A DNA stretch of 64,000 nt, taken from positions 288,001-352,000 of the forward strand of contig JBEPYN010000001.1 of NCBI GenBank assembly GCA_041641305.1. Direction: 5' to 3'. The DNA is from Nitrososphaerota archaeon (GTDB lineage Archaea > Thermoproteota > Nitrososphaeria_A > Caldarchaeales > Caldarchaeaceae). The translations under genes were made by a program, and so were the position numbers. The notes beneath the pieces were generated by a model. It had not been told where the DNA came from, did not search any database, and was given only the letters and a program-made list of their open reading frames with translations. This document shows, piece by piece, positions 27,945 through 37,312 of this stretch. Each line of letters opens with the position of its first letter. Within the stretch, counting starts at the first letter, position 1.

Positions 27945-30535
27945 CAGCCATAGCCTCGCCGACGTTTCTCTTTAGCCTTTACCAAAACAGCAGAGGAAAC
28001 CGCTAAAAATGCAGCCAAGATGAGCAGTGTCGGAAGAGACACACCCGCCCGGACGACTGAGTGTCCTGTCTCCGGTTCCAGGGTAAGCGTTTGGCTCCAA
28101 AACACGTAATCGAGCACAGCGGTTTTAGCGTCATGGCTAACTGGATGGAGGATCGCTCTCCCACTGCGGTCAACCACACCAGAGGCCTCCACAACCCCCA
28201 TGCCATTAACGAGAGAAACCCGTGCACCCGTCAAAGGCACCCCCAACAAATCAGACACAACAAACTCAACCCTGTAAACCCGCACAGGTATGTTGAAGAG
28301 ACCCGGGCCAGTTACTTGAAGTTGCCCCGATGTTTTGACATCGACTGAGTTAAATCCAATTTTCTCCACGGTGTATGCCCCTGTTGGAAGCCACGTCTTC
28401 GACAAAGGTTGCAGAACATATTCGAGTCGATTCATGTCATCGCGCAGCCTCATCTCCGCCGAGACGAGAAAACCTTCAGCATCGACGAAAACAAACTCCA
28501 CCAACGCTTCTTCGCGGTAAACCTGTTTCAAGTATTTCGGACCATCCACGACAACTGTTATCACAGGTTCCCTGCTCTCGATGTCGCCGGCCCATCCAAG
28601 AAACAAGAATCTTCTGCCATATCCTGTTTCAACAATTTCTTCAGCGGCTAATTGGACATTCTCGCCCAAAGCGTGCCAGCTTATCTCTTCGCCTCTAAGG
28701 CCTTCTACCAGCAGCCTAGCCTCATCAGCCCAGAGCGCCACGACAGTGACAGGCCTCTCGATTGATAGGGTTGTCTGGTTTCCAAATTTTTCCCATCCGA
28801 TGAAGCGGCTGCGAACACCTTCTTCATGTATTCTGATCCGCTGCCCCGGGTCAAGCAAAATTACTTCACCCCTCCTAACCCAGCCGGTTGAAACATTTAC
28901 GGGAAAACGTGAAACCACTTCAACATAGTAGTAGACGTCGTATTCCGCCAGTAGGCTCACAGGCTTGTCGACAACTATGAATAGTGTTGGGCTGGAACTG
29001 TTTGCCCCACTCCAGTTGCGGAAAACGGCTTTCGTGCCGTTGCCCCATGCGATCTCTTGCAGGGCCTGCAGGTTCAAAACCTTTCCTTCTGCAACCCAAC
29101 CATCAAACAGGTCGGTATCGCCATGAGTAGCCCTCGCCACAACTCTGTACTCCTTCAGCCAATAGACGGTAACATTCACAGGGCCGCGGACATTAAATCT
29201 TATAACATCGTCTACGACCTCGCCGTCGCTCGATAGAGATATGTTGTAAAGCCGCAGACGCATATCATCCCCAAGGTACACTATTTTGCTCAGCACAACA
29301 ACCTCCGCCTTCTCGCCCTCGTCGTACCAGCCCTCACCCTCGAAAACGTCAACGGGCGAATCCACTCTCACAAGATACTGGCGGCGGTAAATGGCCTCTA
29401 TGTTGACTGGGCCGTTGACCACAATTTTCCTGACATTCTTGTCAAAACCGTCGCTCCATCCAGCGAAGACCATCCGTGTCGCGTTCTCAAAGTCGATAAA
29501 CTCTCTCGCCGTAACAGGCAGTTCCTCACCTAAACGATACCAGCCCGACACAACATCCTCAAACATTTTAACCCTCACAAAGTAGAAAACACGATAAACA
29601 GCGACAAGATCCAAATCATCGTTAACAACAACCTGAACATTAGAGGAGTCGATCTCCATCCCCGAATTCAGAACCCAGAGGTCGAAAACGAGTTTTGTCC
29701 AGTTTTGATACTGTTTCTCCAACTCTGCGGCCTGTGTGAAAACAGTTCCCCTTGGCAAGTAATAGGTGTTAACCAAGATTTTTCCGAGTTCCGACTGCAT
29801 ATAGACGCGGACCCGACGTATCTCAGTGATGGGTGGAACCTGTTTGTAGGCGATGGATGAGGGAAGCGAGCTTATCTCAAAAGCGGGTGGAGGTCTGTAG
29901 ACGCTGTCCTCGACCCATGAGTACGCCACCGCGAGAGCATAGAGGTTGAGTGTCGAGGGATAGATTGCCGTGTTCACTCTCTCATACATGAGGTCAACGG
30001 AGTTGCTTGCGTGACCTATTCCAAGAGCGTGTCCGTACTCATGTGCCGCCACTTTGTAAGCGAGTTCAGTGTCTGTGCCTACACATGATTTTGAAATCTG
30101 TATAGTTGCGCTGGAGATTTCGTAGGTAATGCTTCTATACCTGATTGTGGTGAGCCCGCATACATTTCCACCCAGTGTCGATACAAATCTTAAGGTTATG
30201 TCTGCGTCTTCGACTGTTGTAGCAAGTGACACAGATAGCGAGAGAAGATAGTTGTAGCCGTATTCTTGGACGAATGCTCTCATGCTTCCATACCAGACCT
30301 CAACACCTCTACGAGCGGCCTCATCCAAGGCGTCGGAGCCGGATGAATAGAGGTAGACTTTTAGGGCCTTCTTACCCCAAGCGCCCAAGATTTCTATCGA
30401 GCCGCTAGTTGTCTGAGCGAGGGAGATTGTGTCTGATGGACTTTGCGTCAACAGGGTGATTTCGCTGAAGGCGTCAATCTTAATTACTGGGGCAAACGGG
30501 GTAGTCGCGAACAGCAGTATTAGGATTGTCCACAC
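27944..30535 (-). CDS. Cell-surface metzincin (matrixin-like) protease with tandem beta-rich repeats and C-terminal membrane anchor
   Basis: Signal peptide; HEYGHALGIGH plus Met-turn (DLMY); repeated F..W...V..P....A.Y units; C-terminal TM followed by KAKEKRRR. Confidence 0.8.
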   Translation of the reverse strand: MWTILILLFATTPFAPVIKIDAFSEITLLTQSPSDTISLAQTTSGSIEILGAWGKKALKVYLYSSGSDALDEAARRGVEVWYGSMRAFVQEYGYNYLLSLSVSLATTVEDADITLRFVSTLGGNVCGLTTIRYRSITYEISSATIQISKSCVGTDTELAYKVAAHEYGHALGIGHASNSVDLMYERVNTAIYPSTLNLYALAVAYSWVEDSVYRPPPAFEISSLPSSIAYKQVPPITEIRRVRVYMQSELGKILVNTYYLPRGTVFTQAAELEKQYQNWTKLVFDLWVLNSGMEIDSSNVQVVVNDDLDLVAVYRVFYFVRVKMFEDVVSGWYRLGEELPVTAREFIDFENATRMVFAGWSDGFDKNVRKIVVNGPVNIEAIYRRQYLVRVDSPVDVFEGEGWYDEGEKAEVVVLSKIVYLGDDMRLRLYNISLSSDGEVVDDVIRFNVRGPVNVTVYWLKEYRVVARATHGDTDLFDGWVAEGKVLNLQALQEIAWGNGTKAVFRNWSGANSSSPTLFIVVDKPVSLLAEYDVYYYVEVVSRFPVNVSTGWVRRGEVILLDPGQRIRIHEEGVRSRFIGWEKFGNQTTLSIERPVTVVALWADEARLLVEGLRGEEISWHALGENVQLAAEEIVETGYGRRFLFLGWAGDIESREPVITVVVDGPKYLKQVYREEALVEFVFVDAEGFLVSAEMRLRDDMNRLEYVLQPLSKTWLPTGAYTVEKIGFNSVDVKTSGQLQVTGPGLFNIPVRVYRVEFVVSDLLGVPLTGARVSLVNGMGVVEASGVVDRSGRAILHPVSHDAKTAVLDYVFWSQTLTLEPETGHSVVRAGVSLPTLLILAAFLAVSSAVLVKAKEKRRRGYG

Positions 30536-30672
30536 TGAGATTTCCTGATGCCTGGGGCATATAGGTTTTTAGGCGGCTCAGTCAAATGCCTTCTCTTCAC
30601 CAGTCTGCATAACTCTGAGACATCACCGCCGCGTCACATAAATAGTGAGGGGCTTATCTTAACTTTTCAGAG

Positions 30673-31449
30673 ATGCAGCAACATGTTTTCCGTGAGGGTG
30701 ACAAGGTTCTGATCGTAACGGAGAAGAAGAAAAGATACATGGTTCAGCTAAGAAGCGGGAAAAAGTTTCACACAAGTGAGGGGTTCATCGAGCTCTCAAA
30801 CCTCATAGGACAACCGAGCGGATGCGTCATCCACTCCAACACGGGTGCGGTCATGCATGTTTTTGAGCCAACACTCCTAGACCTGCTGATGTTCTTGCCA
30901 CGCACTACTCAGATAGTTTATCCGAAGGACCTTGGCTACATAGCGGCTGTTTCGGGTGTCGGGCCGGGTTCACGGGTTGTTGAGGCTGGGACGGGTACAG
31001 GTGTTTTGGCCGCTTTTCTCACACACCTAGTCAGGCCCACGGGCAAGGTATACAGTTATGACGTCAAGCTCGAGAACATCGAGACAGCAACAGTTAGGAT
31101 GAGGCAGCTGGGGCTTCATGACTACATCGAGCTGAAGGTAGGCGACGTATGCGAAGCGATTCCCGAAAAGGAGCTTGACGCCGTCGTCATAGACATTCCG
31201 GAGCCGTGGAGAGCTGTCCAAACATGTTATGATGCTTTGAGGCCAAGCGGTGTATGGGTCTCGCTAAGCCCAACAGTCGAGCAAGTAATTCAAACCTATG
31301 AAGCGCTCGAGGAAAAAGGCTTCTCAGATCTTTCATGTGTTGAGCTGCTTCTCAGAAACATGAGGGTGAAACGTGGCATGACAAGGCCCGAGTTCCTCAT
31401 GAGAGGGCACACAACATATATAGTCACAGCCCGAAAACTAATACGCTAA
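30673..31449 (+). CDS. trmI: tRNA (adenine-N1)-methyltransferase, m1A57/58
   Basis: TQIVYPKD, VEAGTGTG, DIPEPW, SPTVEQV, HTTYI. Confidence 0.93.
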   Translation: MQQHVFREGDKVLIVTEKKKRYMVQLRSGKKFHTSEGFIELSNLIGQPSGCVIHSNTGAVMHVFEPTLLDLLMFLPRTTQIVYPKDLGYIAAVSGVGPGSRVVEAGTGTGVLAAFLTHLVRPTGKVYSYDVKLENIETATVRMRQLGLHDYIELKVGDVCEAIPEKELDAVVIDIPEPWRAVQTCYDALRPSGVWVSLSPTVEQVIQTYEALEEKGFSDLSCVELLLRNMRVKRGMTRPEFLMRGHTTYIVTARKLIR

Positions 31450-32048
31450 ACCCCTGAAAGAGACCTGATCGCCTGCACTATCTCCTCAGCCGCCGCCTCA
31501 GCATGTTCAAAAGGCCTCTTCTGCTCATACCGCAGTGAAATTACCTTGAGATAGCAAGCCGCCGTGTTAGCCGCGGCTGCAACGAATAACTTTCCCATCT
31601 GCTGGTCCGCCTCAATCACTTCAACGCTGTCTGTCTCACGTCTCCGGTCAACACCCTCAGTAGCGTCCTTAAGCCTCCTACTAAGAATGTCCTCGGGCCT
31701 ACACTCGATAAAAACAATCAAATGAGGGTTCATCACCTGAACCGCTTCAGAAGGCAGCCCAGGATAATAGCCGAAGGGAGTTTTGATAACAGAATGTGTA
31801 TCAACTACGACATGATTCATCTTGGCTATCCTCTCCGCAGCACTCATCTGAAGCCTTTGATAATCCTTGAGAACAAGCTTTTTCCTCATTTCATCCCTGT
31901 GAGCGATGCCATAGAGCTTAGCGGCCTCCTCGAACATTAGGTCGCCAAAGTTGACAACACTCAAGCTAGGCATCTTTTCCACAACTTTCTTGATGGTTGT
32001 TGTTTTCCCAGAACCGGGCAAAGCCGTGACTATAACCCTCACAGCCAA
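31446..32048 (-). CDS. adkA: Archaeal adenylate kinase
   Basis: PGSGKTT, VNFGDLM, RDEMRK, DTH...GYYPGLP. Confidence 0.93.
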   Translation of the reverse strand: MAVRVIVTALPGSGKTTTIKKVVEKMPSLSVVNFGDLMFEEAAKLYGIAHRDEMRKKLVLKDYQRLQMSAAERIAKMNHVVVDTHSVIKTPFGYYPGLPSEAVQVMNPHLIVFIECRPEDILSRRLKDATEGVDRRRETDSVEVIEADQQMGKLFVAAAANTAACYLKVISLRYEQKRPFEHAEAAAEEIVQAIRSLSGV

Positions 32049-32074
32049 TCAAAGAAACTTCGCGCTAAAAATAT

Positions 32075-32914
32075 CTAACCTCCACGGAGCTCCAGCTGTC
32101 TCTCGAGCTTCTGCTTGAGCGATAGGTATTCGCTTTGCTTGAGTTCGCCTATTTTGTACCGCAGCTCCAGCTTGCTCAGCTCCTTCTTTATTTTCTGATG
32201 CTGTTCCATCAAAACCTCGAGAGCCTTCTGAGCCGATTGAACATCCTCCTCAAACATGTTTATGAATTCCTGAGGCATTCCGAGTTCGCGTCCACTTGTT
32301 TTGACCTTCTGCAGCCTCTCCTCAAGCTGGGCCTTGAATGTCGGCAGGTCGGCTAGCCTAATGTTGAACGGGTTGCGGAGATACATCAGCTTGGGCTTCA
32401 ATCTCCCCATCTCCCTCTCTATCTCGAGCTTCTGAGTTATGTATTGCCTGTCAGGTATCTCTCCGACCTCGTGCTTCACCTTGAGCTTCTCGAGAGTAGA
32501 GTTAAGGGAGTTGATGCGCTCCTCAACCTTCGCTATCTCAGCCATTCTTCTCTCATCAAGGGTCTTAAGCCTTGAGCGGTATTCGTTGAAAAGCTCTTGG
32601 AAAACGTCTGGCTCAGCCTCGCGTTCGAGAAAGAGGTCGATGAGCCTAAAGTACCATAGATAGACCGTGGACATCTGGTCCACGAGCCTCTTCTCCTCAA
32701 CAGCCACCTCCTCTCCAGCCGGTGGCTGAACAGTCTGTTGTTCAGCGGACTCCACGGGTGTCTCCGGCTGCTGCTCGACAACCTCCTCTGCCTCCTCCAC
32801 TATGGGCTTAGGTGTCTCCGTCGGCTGCTCCAATGTATAGCCGCAGTAGATGCAGAACTTGCCTTTTATGGTGAGCCTGTGACAATTTGGACACTCAATT
32901 CTTGTGGTCGCCAA
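32075..32914 (-). CDS. Zinc-ribbon protein with duplicated CdvA-like coiled-coil segments
   Basis: CPNC...FCIYCG, acidic linker, two repeats ending LKVKHEVGEI..QY and LELRYKIGEL..EY. Confidence 0.6.
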   Translation of the reverse strand: MATTRIECPNCHRLTIKGKFCIYCGYTLEQPTETPKPIVEEAEEVVEQQPETPVESAEQQTVQPPAGEEVAVEEKRLVDQMSTVYLWYFRLIDLFLEREAEPDVFQELFNEYRSRLKTLDERRMAEIAKVEERINSLNSTLEKLKVKHEVGEIPDRQYITQKLEIEREMGRLKPKLMYLRNPFNIRLADLPTFKAQLEERLQKVKTSGRELGMPQEFINMFEEDVQSAQKALEVLMEQHQKIKKELSKLELRYKIGELKQSEYLSLKQKLERQLELRGG

Positions 32915-33085
32915 ACCGGTTACGCCTCTTTCCGTTACTTAAAAAGAATTACTAATAGCTTTTAAACCCATATTTGGCCATTAATACGCTATGACATCAC
33001 CACGTAAAGACCTTAGAATTCAAAGGTGACCGCTGTTTTTCATGAAAATGTAAGAGTTTTATGTAAGCAGTACATGGGTATGGCG

Positions 33086-33325
33086 ATGTCCGAGAAAGAA
33101 GCCGATATTCCGTCGGCGCCCATTCACCGCATAATGAAGAGAGCCGGAGCCGCGAGGGTGAGTGAAGACGCGGCCGATGAACTTCGCAAAATTTTGGAAA
33201 ACGTCGGAGCCATGATAGCGAAAGAAGCCTTTGAACTCGCCCAATACGCTGGACGACGCACTGTGAAGAAGGAGGATGTTGAAAGAGCTGCTAAAACGGT
33301 TTTGCGCAATCTTCCAACTGGATAG
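33086..33325 (+). CDS. Archaeal histone (HMf family)
   Basis: IPSAPIHRIMKRAGAARVS...AGRRTVKKEDV aligns end to end with HMfB; start placed at MSEKEAD. Confidence 0.93.
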   Translation: MSEKEADIPSAPIHRIMKRAGAARVSEDAADELRKILENVGAMIAKEAFELAQYAGRRTVKKEDVERAAKTVLRNLPTG

Positions 33326-33371
33326 CTTTAAATTATTCCGAACATTCGTCAGCGATAGGGGTTGATGTAGA

Positions 33372-35000
33372 ATGTCTCTAGCACCAGGTCAGCCAGTTAT
33401 AATTCTGAAGGAGGGCACGACACGGACGCAGGGCAGGTCTGCTCAGCGCAACAACATAGCCGCTGCCAAGATAATCGCCGAGATAGTGCGGACGACGCTG
33501 GGTCCGAAGGGCATGGACAAACTTTTGGTGGACAACATCGGCGACGTCATCGTAACAAACGACGGCGCTACCATCCTTGAGAAAATCGACGTCGAACATC
33601 CCGCCGCCAAGATGATTATTGAGGTGGCCAAGTCCCAAGACCACGTGGTCGGCGACGGAACCACCACGGCCGTCATCCTAGCGGGCGAACTGTTGAGAAA
33701 GGCCGAGGAATTGATTGAGCAGAGGATTCACGCAAGCACCATAATCTCTGGCTACAAAAAAGCCCTCGACAAAGCCCTAGAGGTCATAAACGAGAACTCC
33801 GTCAAAGTAGACCTCAACGACAGAGCCACCCTCAAGAAAGTAATAACGACAGCTCTCGGAAGCAAGTCTCTCGGCTTCGCCCTAGACAGGCTTGTCGACA
33901 TAGCCGTAGACTCTGTTCTCAGCGTCGTGAAAGAAGTTAACGGTAAGAAGAGGGCTGATAAGGACGATATACAGATTGTTAAGAAAATTGGCAAAAGCCT
34001 CGGCGAGACCGAGCTGATTCGCGGCGTTGTGGTGGATAAGGAGGTTGTTCATGCCGCTATGCCCAAGCGTGTCGAGAACGCGCGTATAGCTCTCATCGAC
34101 AGCCCGTTCGAGATTGAGAAAACTGAGTTCAGCGCCGAAATCCGCATAAGGGACCCGCTGAAGATAAAGGAGTTCCTCGACGAAGAAACCAACATCCTCA
34201 AGGGGATGGTTGACAAGGTGAAGGCCGTCGGCGCGAACGTGGTCTTCTGCCAGAAAGGTATCGACGACGCGGCTCAGTTCTTCCTCGCCAAGGAAGGCAT
34301 CCTCGCGGTTAGGCGTGTCAAGAAGAGTGATATGGAGAAGCTTGCCAAAGCGACGGGAGGAAGAGTTGTAACCAACTTCGAAGACCTTTCACCGAAGGAC
34401 CTCGGACGAGCTGGACTCGTCGAGGAGAGGAAGATAGGGGAGGATCGCATGGTCTTTGTCGAAAAATGCGAGAACCCCAAAGCCGTCGCCGTGCTGTTGA
34501 GAGCTGGGCTTGAGAGACAGCTCGACGAGGCGGAAAGAGCGTTGAACGACGCAATAATGAACATGATTGACCTCGTCGACGACCCACGTATCGTGCCGGG
34601 CGGAGGAGCGATAGAGGAGGAGATTGCGAGGCAGCTGAGACAAACAGCGGGGAAGCTGTCGGGCAAAGAGCAGCTCGCCTACCTTGCATTCGCTGAAGCT
34701 GTTGAAGCCATTCCAAGAACCCTAGCAGAAAACGCTGGCCTCGAGCCTGTGGAGATAATGGCTCAGATCCGTCACGCACATGAAAACGGACAGAAGACAG
34801 TGGGCGTCAACATCTTCGGAGGAGGCGTCGTCGACATGCTGGCCAAAGGTGTAATAGAGCCGGCGAAGGTCAAGCTCCACGCTCTCCGCTCAAGCTTCGA
34901 AGCAGCCTCGATGATACTGAGAATAGACGATGTCGTAGCAGCCTCCAAGAAGAAGGAGGAAAAGAAGAAGGAAGGCGAGTCCGAGACACCTGAATTCTAA
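33372..35000 (+). CDS. ths: Thermosome (group II chaperonin) subunit
   Basis: [29 protein letters not shown]. Confidence 0.97.
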   Translation: MSLAPGQPVIILKEGTTRTQGRSAQRNNIAAAKIIAEIVRTTLGPKGMDKLLVDNIGDVIVTNDGATILEKIDVEHPAAKMIIEVAKSQDHVVGDGTTTAVILAGELLRKAEELIEQRIHASTIISGYKKALDKALEVINENSVKVDLNDRATLKKVITTALGSKSLGFALDRLVDIAVDSVLSVVKEVNGKKRADKDDIQIVKKIGKSLGETELIRGVVVDKEVVHAAMPKRVENARIALIDSPFEIEKTEFSAEIRIRDPLKIKEFLDEETNILKGMVDKVKAVGANVVFCQKGIDDAAQFFLAKEGILAVRRVKKSDMEKLAKATGGRVVTNFEDLSPKDLGRAGLVEERKIGEDRMVFVEKCENPKAVAVLLRAGLERQLDEAERALNDAIMNMIDLVDDPRIVPGGGAIEEEIARQLRQTAGKLSGKEQLAYLAFAEAVEAIPRTLAENAGLEPVEIMAQIRHAHENGQKTVGVNIFGGGVVDMLAKGVIEPAKVKLHALRSSFEAASMILRIDDVVAASKKKEEKKKEGESETPEF

Positions 35001-35058
35001 ACCCATTTTTGGTAAACCTCCTAAAGTTTTTTAGAATCATACATTTTCTTTTCACGTT

Positions 35059-35439
35059 ATGAACACCCGTATGCTTTTAGGTGCGTTGATAGGTGTTGGT
35101 GTGCTGGTGCAGATAGCTATTGGCGAGTCTGGGCTGGCTGCAGGCTCTTTACAGCTTGTCCACGCGGTCATCGGGATTCTCGGCATATTTGTGGTAGGGG
35201 CCTATCTTGCTACCGGGAGTGTTACCAGAGTCGTGACCGTTCTAACGGCTGTGGTGCTGTTGGTCACGGTGGCCCAAGTGGTGATGGGAATGGGTCTTAT
35301 TCGATGGGTTGACCTCGGAATAGGATTTCGAGCGCTTGAGGAAAGCCACCGTGGAACAGCCTACATCCTCTTCATCCTCGGGCTGGTTGTAAGCGTTGTC
35401 GCAGCCGTTCAGAGACGAAGGGCGGCGAGAAAATCCTAA
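35059..35439 (+). CDS. Hypothetical 4-TM membrane protein
   Basis: Four hydrophobic helices with two His residues in or near helices. Confidence 0.6.
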   Translation: MNTRMLLGALIGVGVLVQIAIGESGLAAGSLQLVHAVIGILGIFVVGAYLATGSVTRVVTVLTAVVLLVTVAQVVMGMGLIRWVDLGIGFRALEESHRGTAYILFILGLVVSVVAAVQRRRAARKS

Positions 35440-35482
35440 ACATCAGCCGCTTGTTTAAATTCCGCCACAACCTTTTACCTAC

Positions 35483-36688
35483 ATGGTTTTTCCCTTCTCC
35501 TCTGTATTCGATTTCGGGGTGGAGATGAAGGAGGAGTATGAGATTTTCCGCAAGTCCGTCAGAGCCTTTGCCGAGAAGGAGATAGAGCCGCTGGTTAAGG
35601 AGATTGAGCGGAGTAACACGATTCCGCCGGGTCTTTTGAAGAAAGCCGCGGAGCAGGGCTACCTTGGCCTCGGCATACCCGAAACCTATGATGGACAGGG
35701 CACGGACATGATGTACTCCACCTTGTTCGTCGAAGAGGTTTCGAGAATATGCCCCGCGTTCACAGTCGCCACACTGGTCGGCGTGCTCTTCACCTATCCC
35801 GTCATGGTTTATGGCACCGAGGAGCAGAAACGCAAATATCTTCCACCGATTGCCCGTGGCGAAAAATTCGCGGCACATGCCACCACTGAGCCGGGAGCAG
35901 GCACCGACGTGGCCGGAATTGAGACCACGGCTAAACGGAAAAACGGAGGCTGGGAAATCAACGGCCGAAAATACTTCATATCGGGAGCCGACAAGGCAGA
36001 GTATTTCATCGTCCTTGCGAGAACTTCTCCGCCTCCCAGCAGAAAAGAACGGCACAAGGGCCTCAGCTTCTTCATCGTGGAACGCGGCACGCCCGGTTTC
36101 CGCGTAGGCGAAAAAATCGAGGTGATAGGCATCAGGGGAAGCCATCCATGCGAAGTCATACTCGACAACGTCTACGTGCCGGAGGAGAACATGGTGGGTG
36201 AGGAGGGGCAGGGATTCAAAATCGCCATGGACACCTACGACCACGGCAGAATAGGTGTGGCTGCTCAGGCGGTTGGGGTTGCACAAGCCTGTCTCGAAAA
36301 AGTGTTGCAGTATTCGCTTCAGCGGAGGGTGTTTGAGAGACCATTGATATACTTCCAAGCGGTGCAGTTCCATGTCAGCGAGATGCTAACCATGCTCGAG
36401 GGCGCCAGGCTGATGCTCTACTGGGCGACCACCCTCGCCAACAAGAATAGGCCCGAGGCGGTGATGGCTGCTTCGATGGCCAAACTCTACGCCACAGAAG
36501 TCGCTGAAAAGGCCGCGCTAAAGGCGATAACAGTTCATGGAGGCGTCGGAGTAGCCGTAGACGGCATGGTTGAAAGATTTCTAAGGGATTCGCAGGTCTT
36601 CAAAATCTACGAAGGCGCCAACGATATCCAGAAACTTGTAATTCTCCGCCAGATGATGAAGACTGCTTTCGGAATGGATGTCGACTAA
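35483..36688 (+). CDS. Acyl-CoA dehydrogenase
   Basis: TEPGAGTD, INGRKYFISG, GRIGVAAQAVG, IYEGANDIQ. Confidence 0.95.
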   Translation: MVFPFSSVFDFGVEMKEEYEIFRKSVRAFAEKEIEPLVKEIERSNTIPPGLLKKAAEQGYLGLGIPETYDGQGTDMMYSTLFVEEVSRICPAFTVATLVGVLFTYPVMVYGTEEQKRKYLPPIARGEKFAAHATTEPGAGTDVAGIETTAKRKNGGWEINGRKYFISGADKAEYFIVLARTSPPPSRKERHKGLSFFIVERGTPGFRVGEKIEVIGIRGSHPCEVILDNVYVPEENMVGEEGQGFKIAMDTYDHGRIGVAAQAVGVAQACLEKVLQYSLQRRVFERPLIYFQAVQFHVSEMLTMLEGARLMLYWATTLANKNRPEAVMAASMAKLYATEVAEKAALKAITVHGGVGVAVDGMVERFLRDSQVFKIYEGANDIQKLVILRQMMKTAFGMDVD

Positions 36689-36730
36689 TCTCGTATGAGA
36701 TAGGCTTTTAAAAAGCCGGGTAAAGTTAGA

Positions 36731-37312
36731 TTGCTGGTCGAGATGCGGGCTTATCTACGGTTAGCCGCCGCCGCGGCACTGTCATTCGCCGTAGCCTTCA
36801 TCCTAACCTATTTTGAAAACAGTTATCTTAACCCTCTTCAGCCAGCTTTGCTATCTATTTTGTTGATAGCCTCGGCAGCTGGTTTCGTGGCGAGGGCCTC
36901 ATCTCTCTCGGCTCTGGCGGCGGCTGTCGGTGGTTTGGGCGCGTTTGCTGTGTCCCAGTTTCTCGGCTTCTCTCTCTGGAGCCCCTCACAGCTTGAGTCG
37001 GACTTGCTCGTGTCGCGGCTGCTTCTTATAGGCGGTGCAGTTGTTCTCGCCGGGTTGATGGGGTTCGTCACAGGTAATGTTTTCGCACCGAAGCCAGCTG
37101 AGAGACCTGTTCAACCCACGCCAACCCCGTTACAAGTGGAGCAAAATCCCGCACCATTACAGCAGACGCAAGAAACTGTCCAGCAGGTTATGAAAATCTG
37201 TAAGTTTTGCTCGAGTGTGATACCGGGGGAGTCACGGTTCTGCCCCATGTGCGGGGCCAAGCTTATCGAGACCGGTGAAGAATCGGGTGAAAATGTCGAG
37301 GCAGGGGCTTGA
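36731..37312 (+). CDS. Membrane protein with C-terminal zinc ribbon
   Basis: Four TM helices, then CKFC...FCPMCGAKL. Confidence 0.7.
   Translation: MLVEMRAYLRLAAAAALSFAVAFILTYFENSYLNPLQPALLSILLIASAAGFVARASSLSALAAAVGGLGAFAVSQFLGFSLWSPSQLESDLLVSRLLLIGGAVVLAGLMGFVTGNVFAPKPAERPVQPTPTPLQVEQNPAPLQQTQETVQQVMKICKFCSSVIPGESRFCPMCGAKLIETGEESGENVEAGA

Noticed and set aside
35372-36373. 333-aa ORF on the minus strand
   Set aside because: Antisense shadow of the well-supported acyl-CoA dehydrogenase; no motifs of its own
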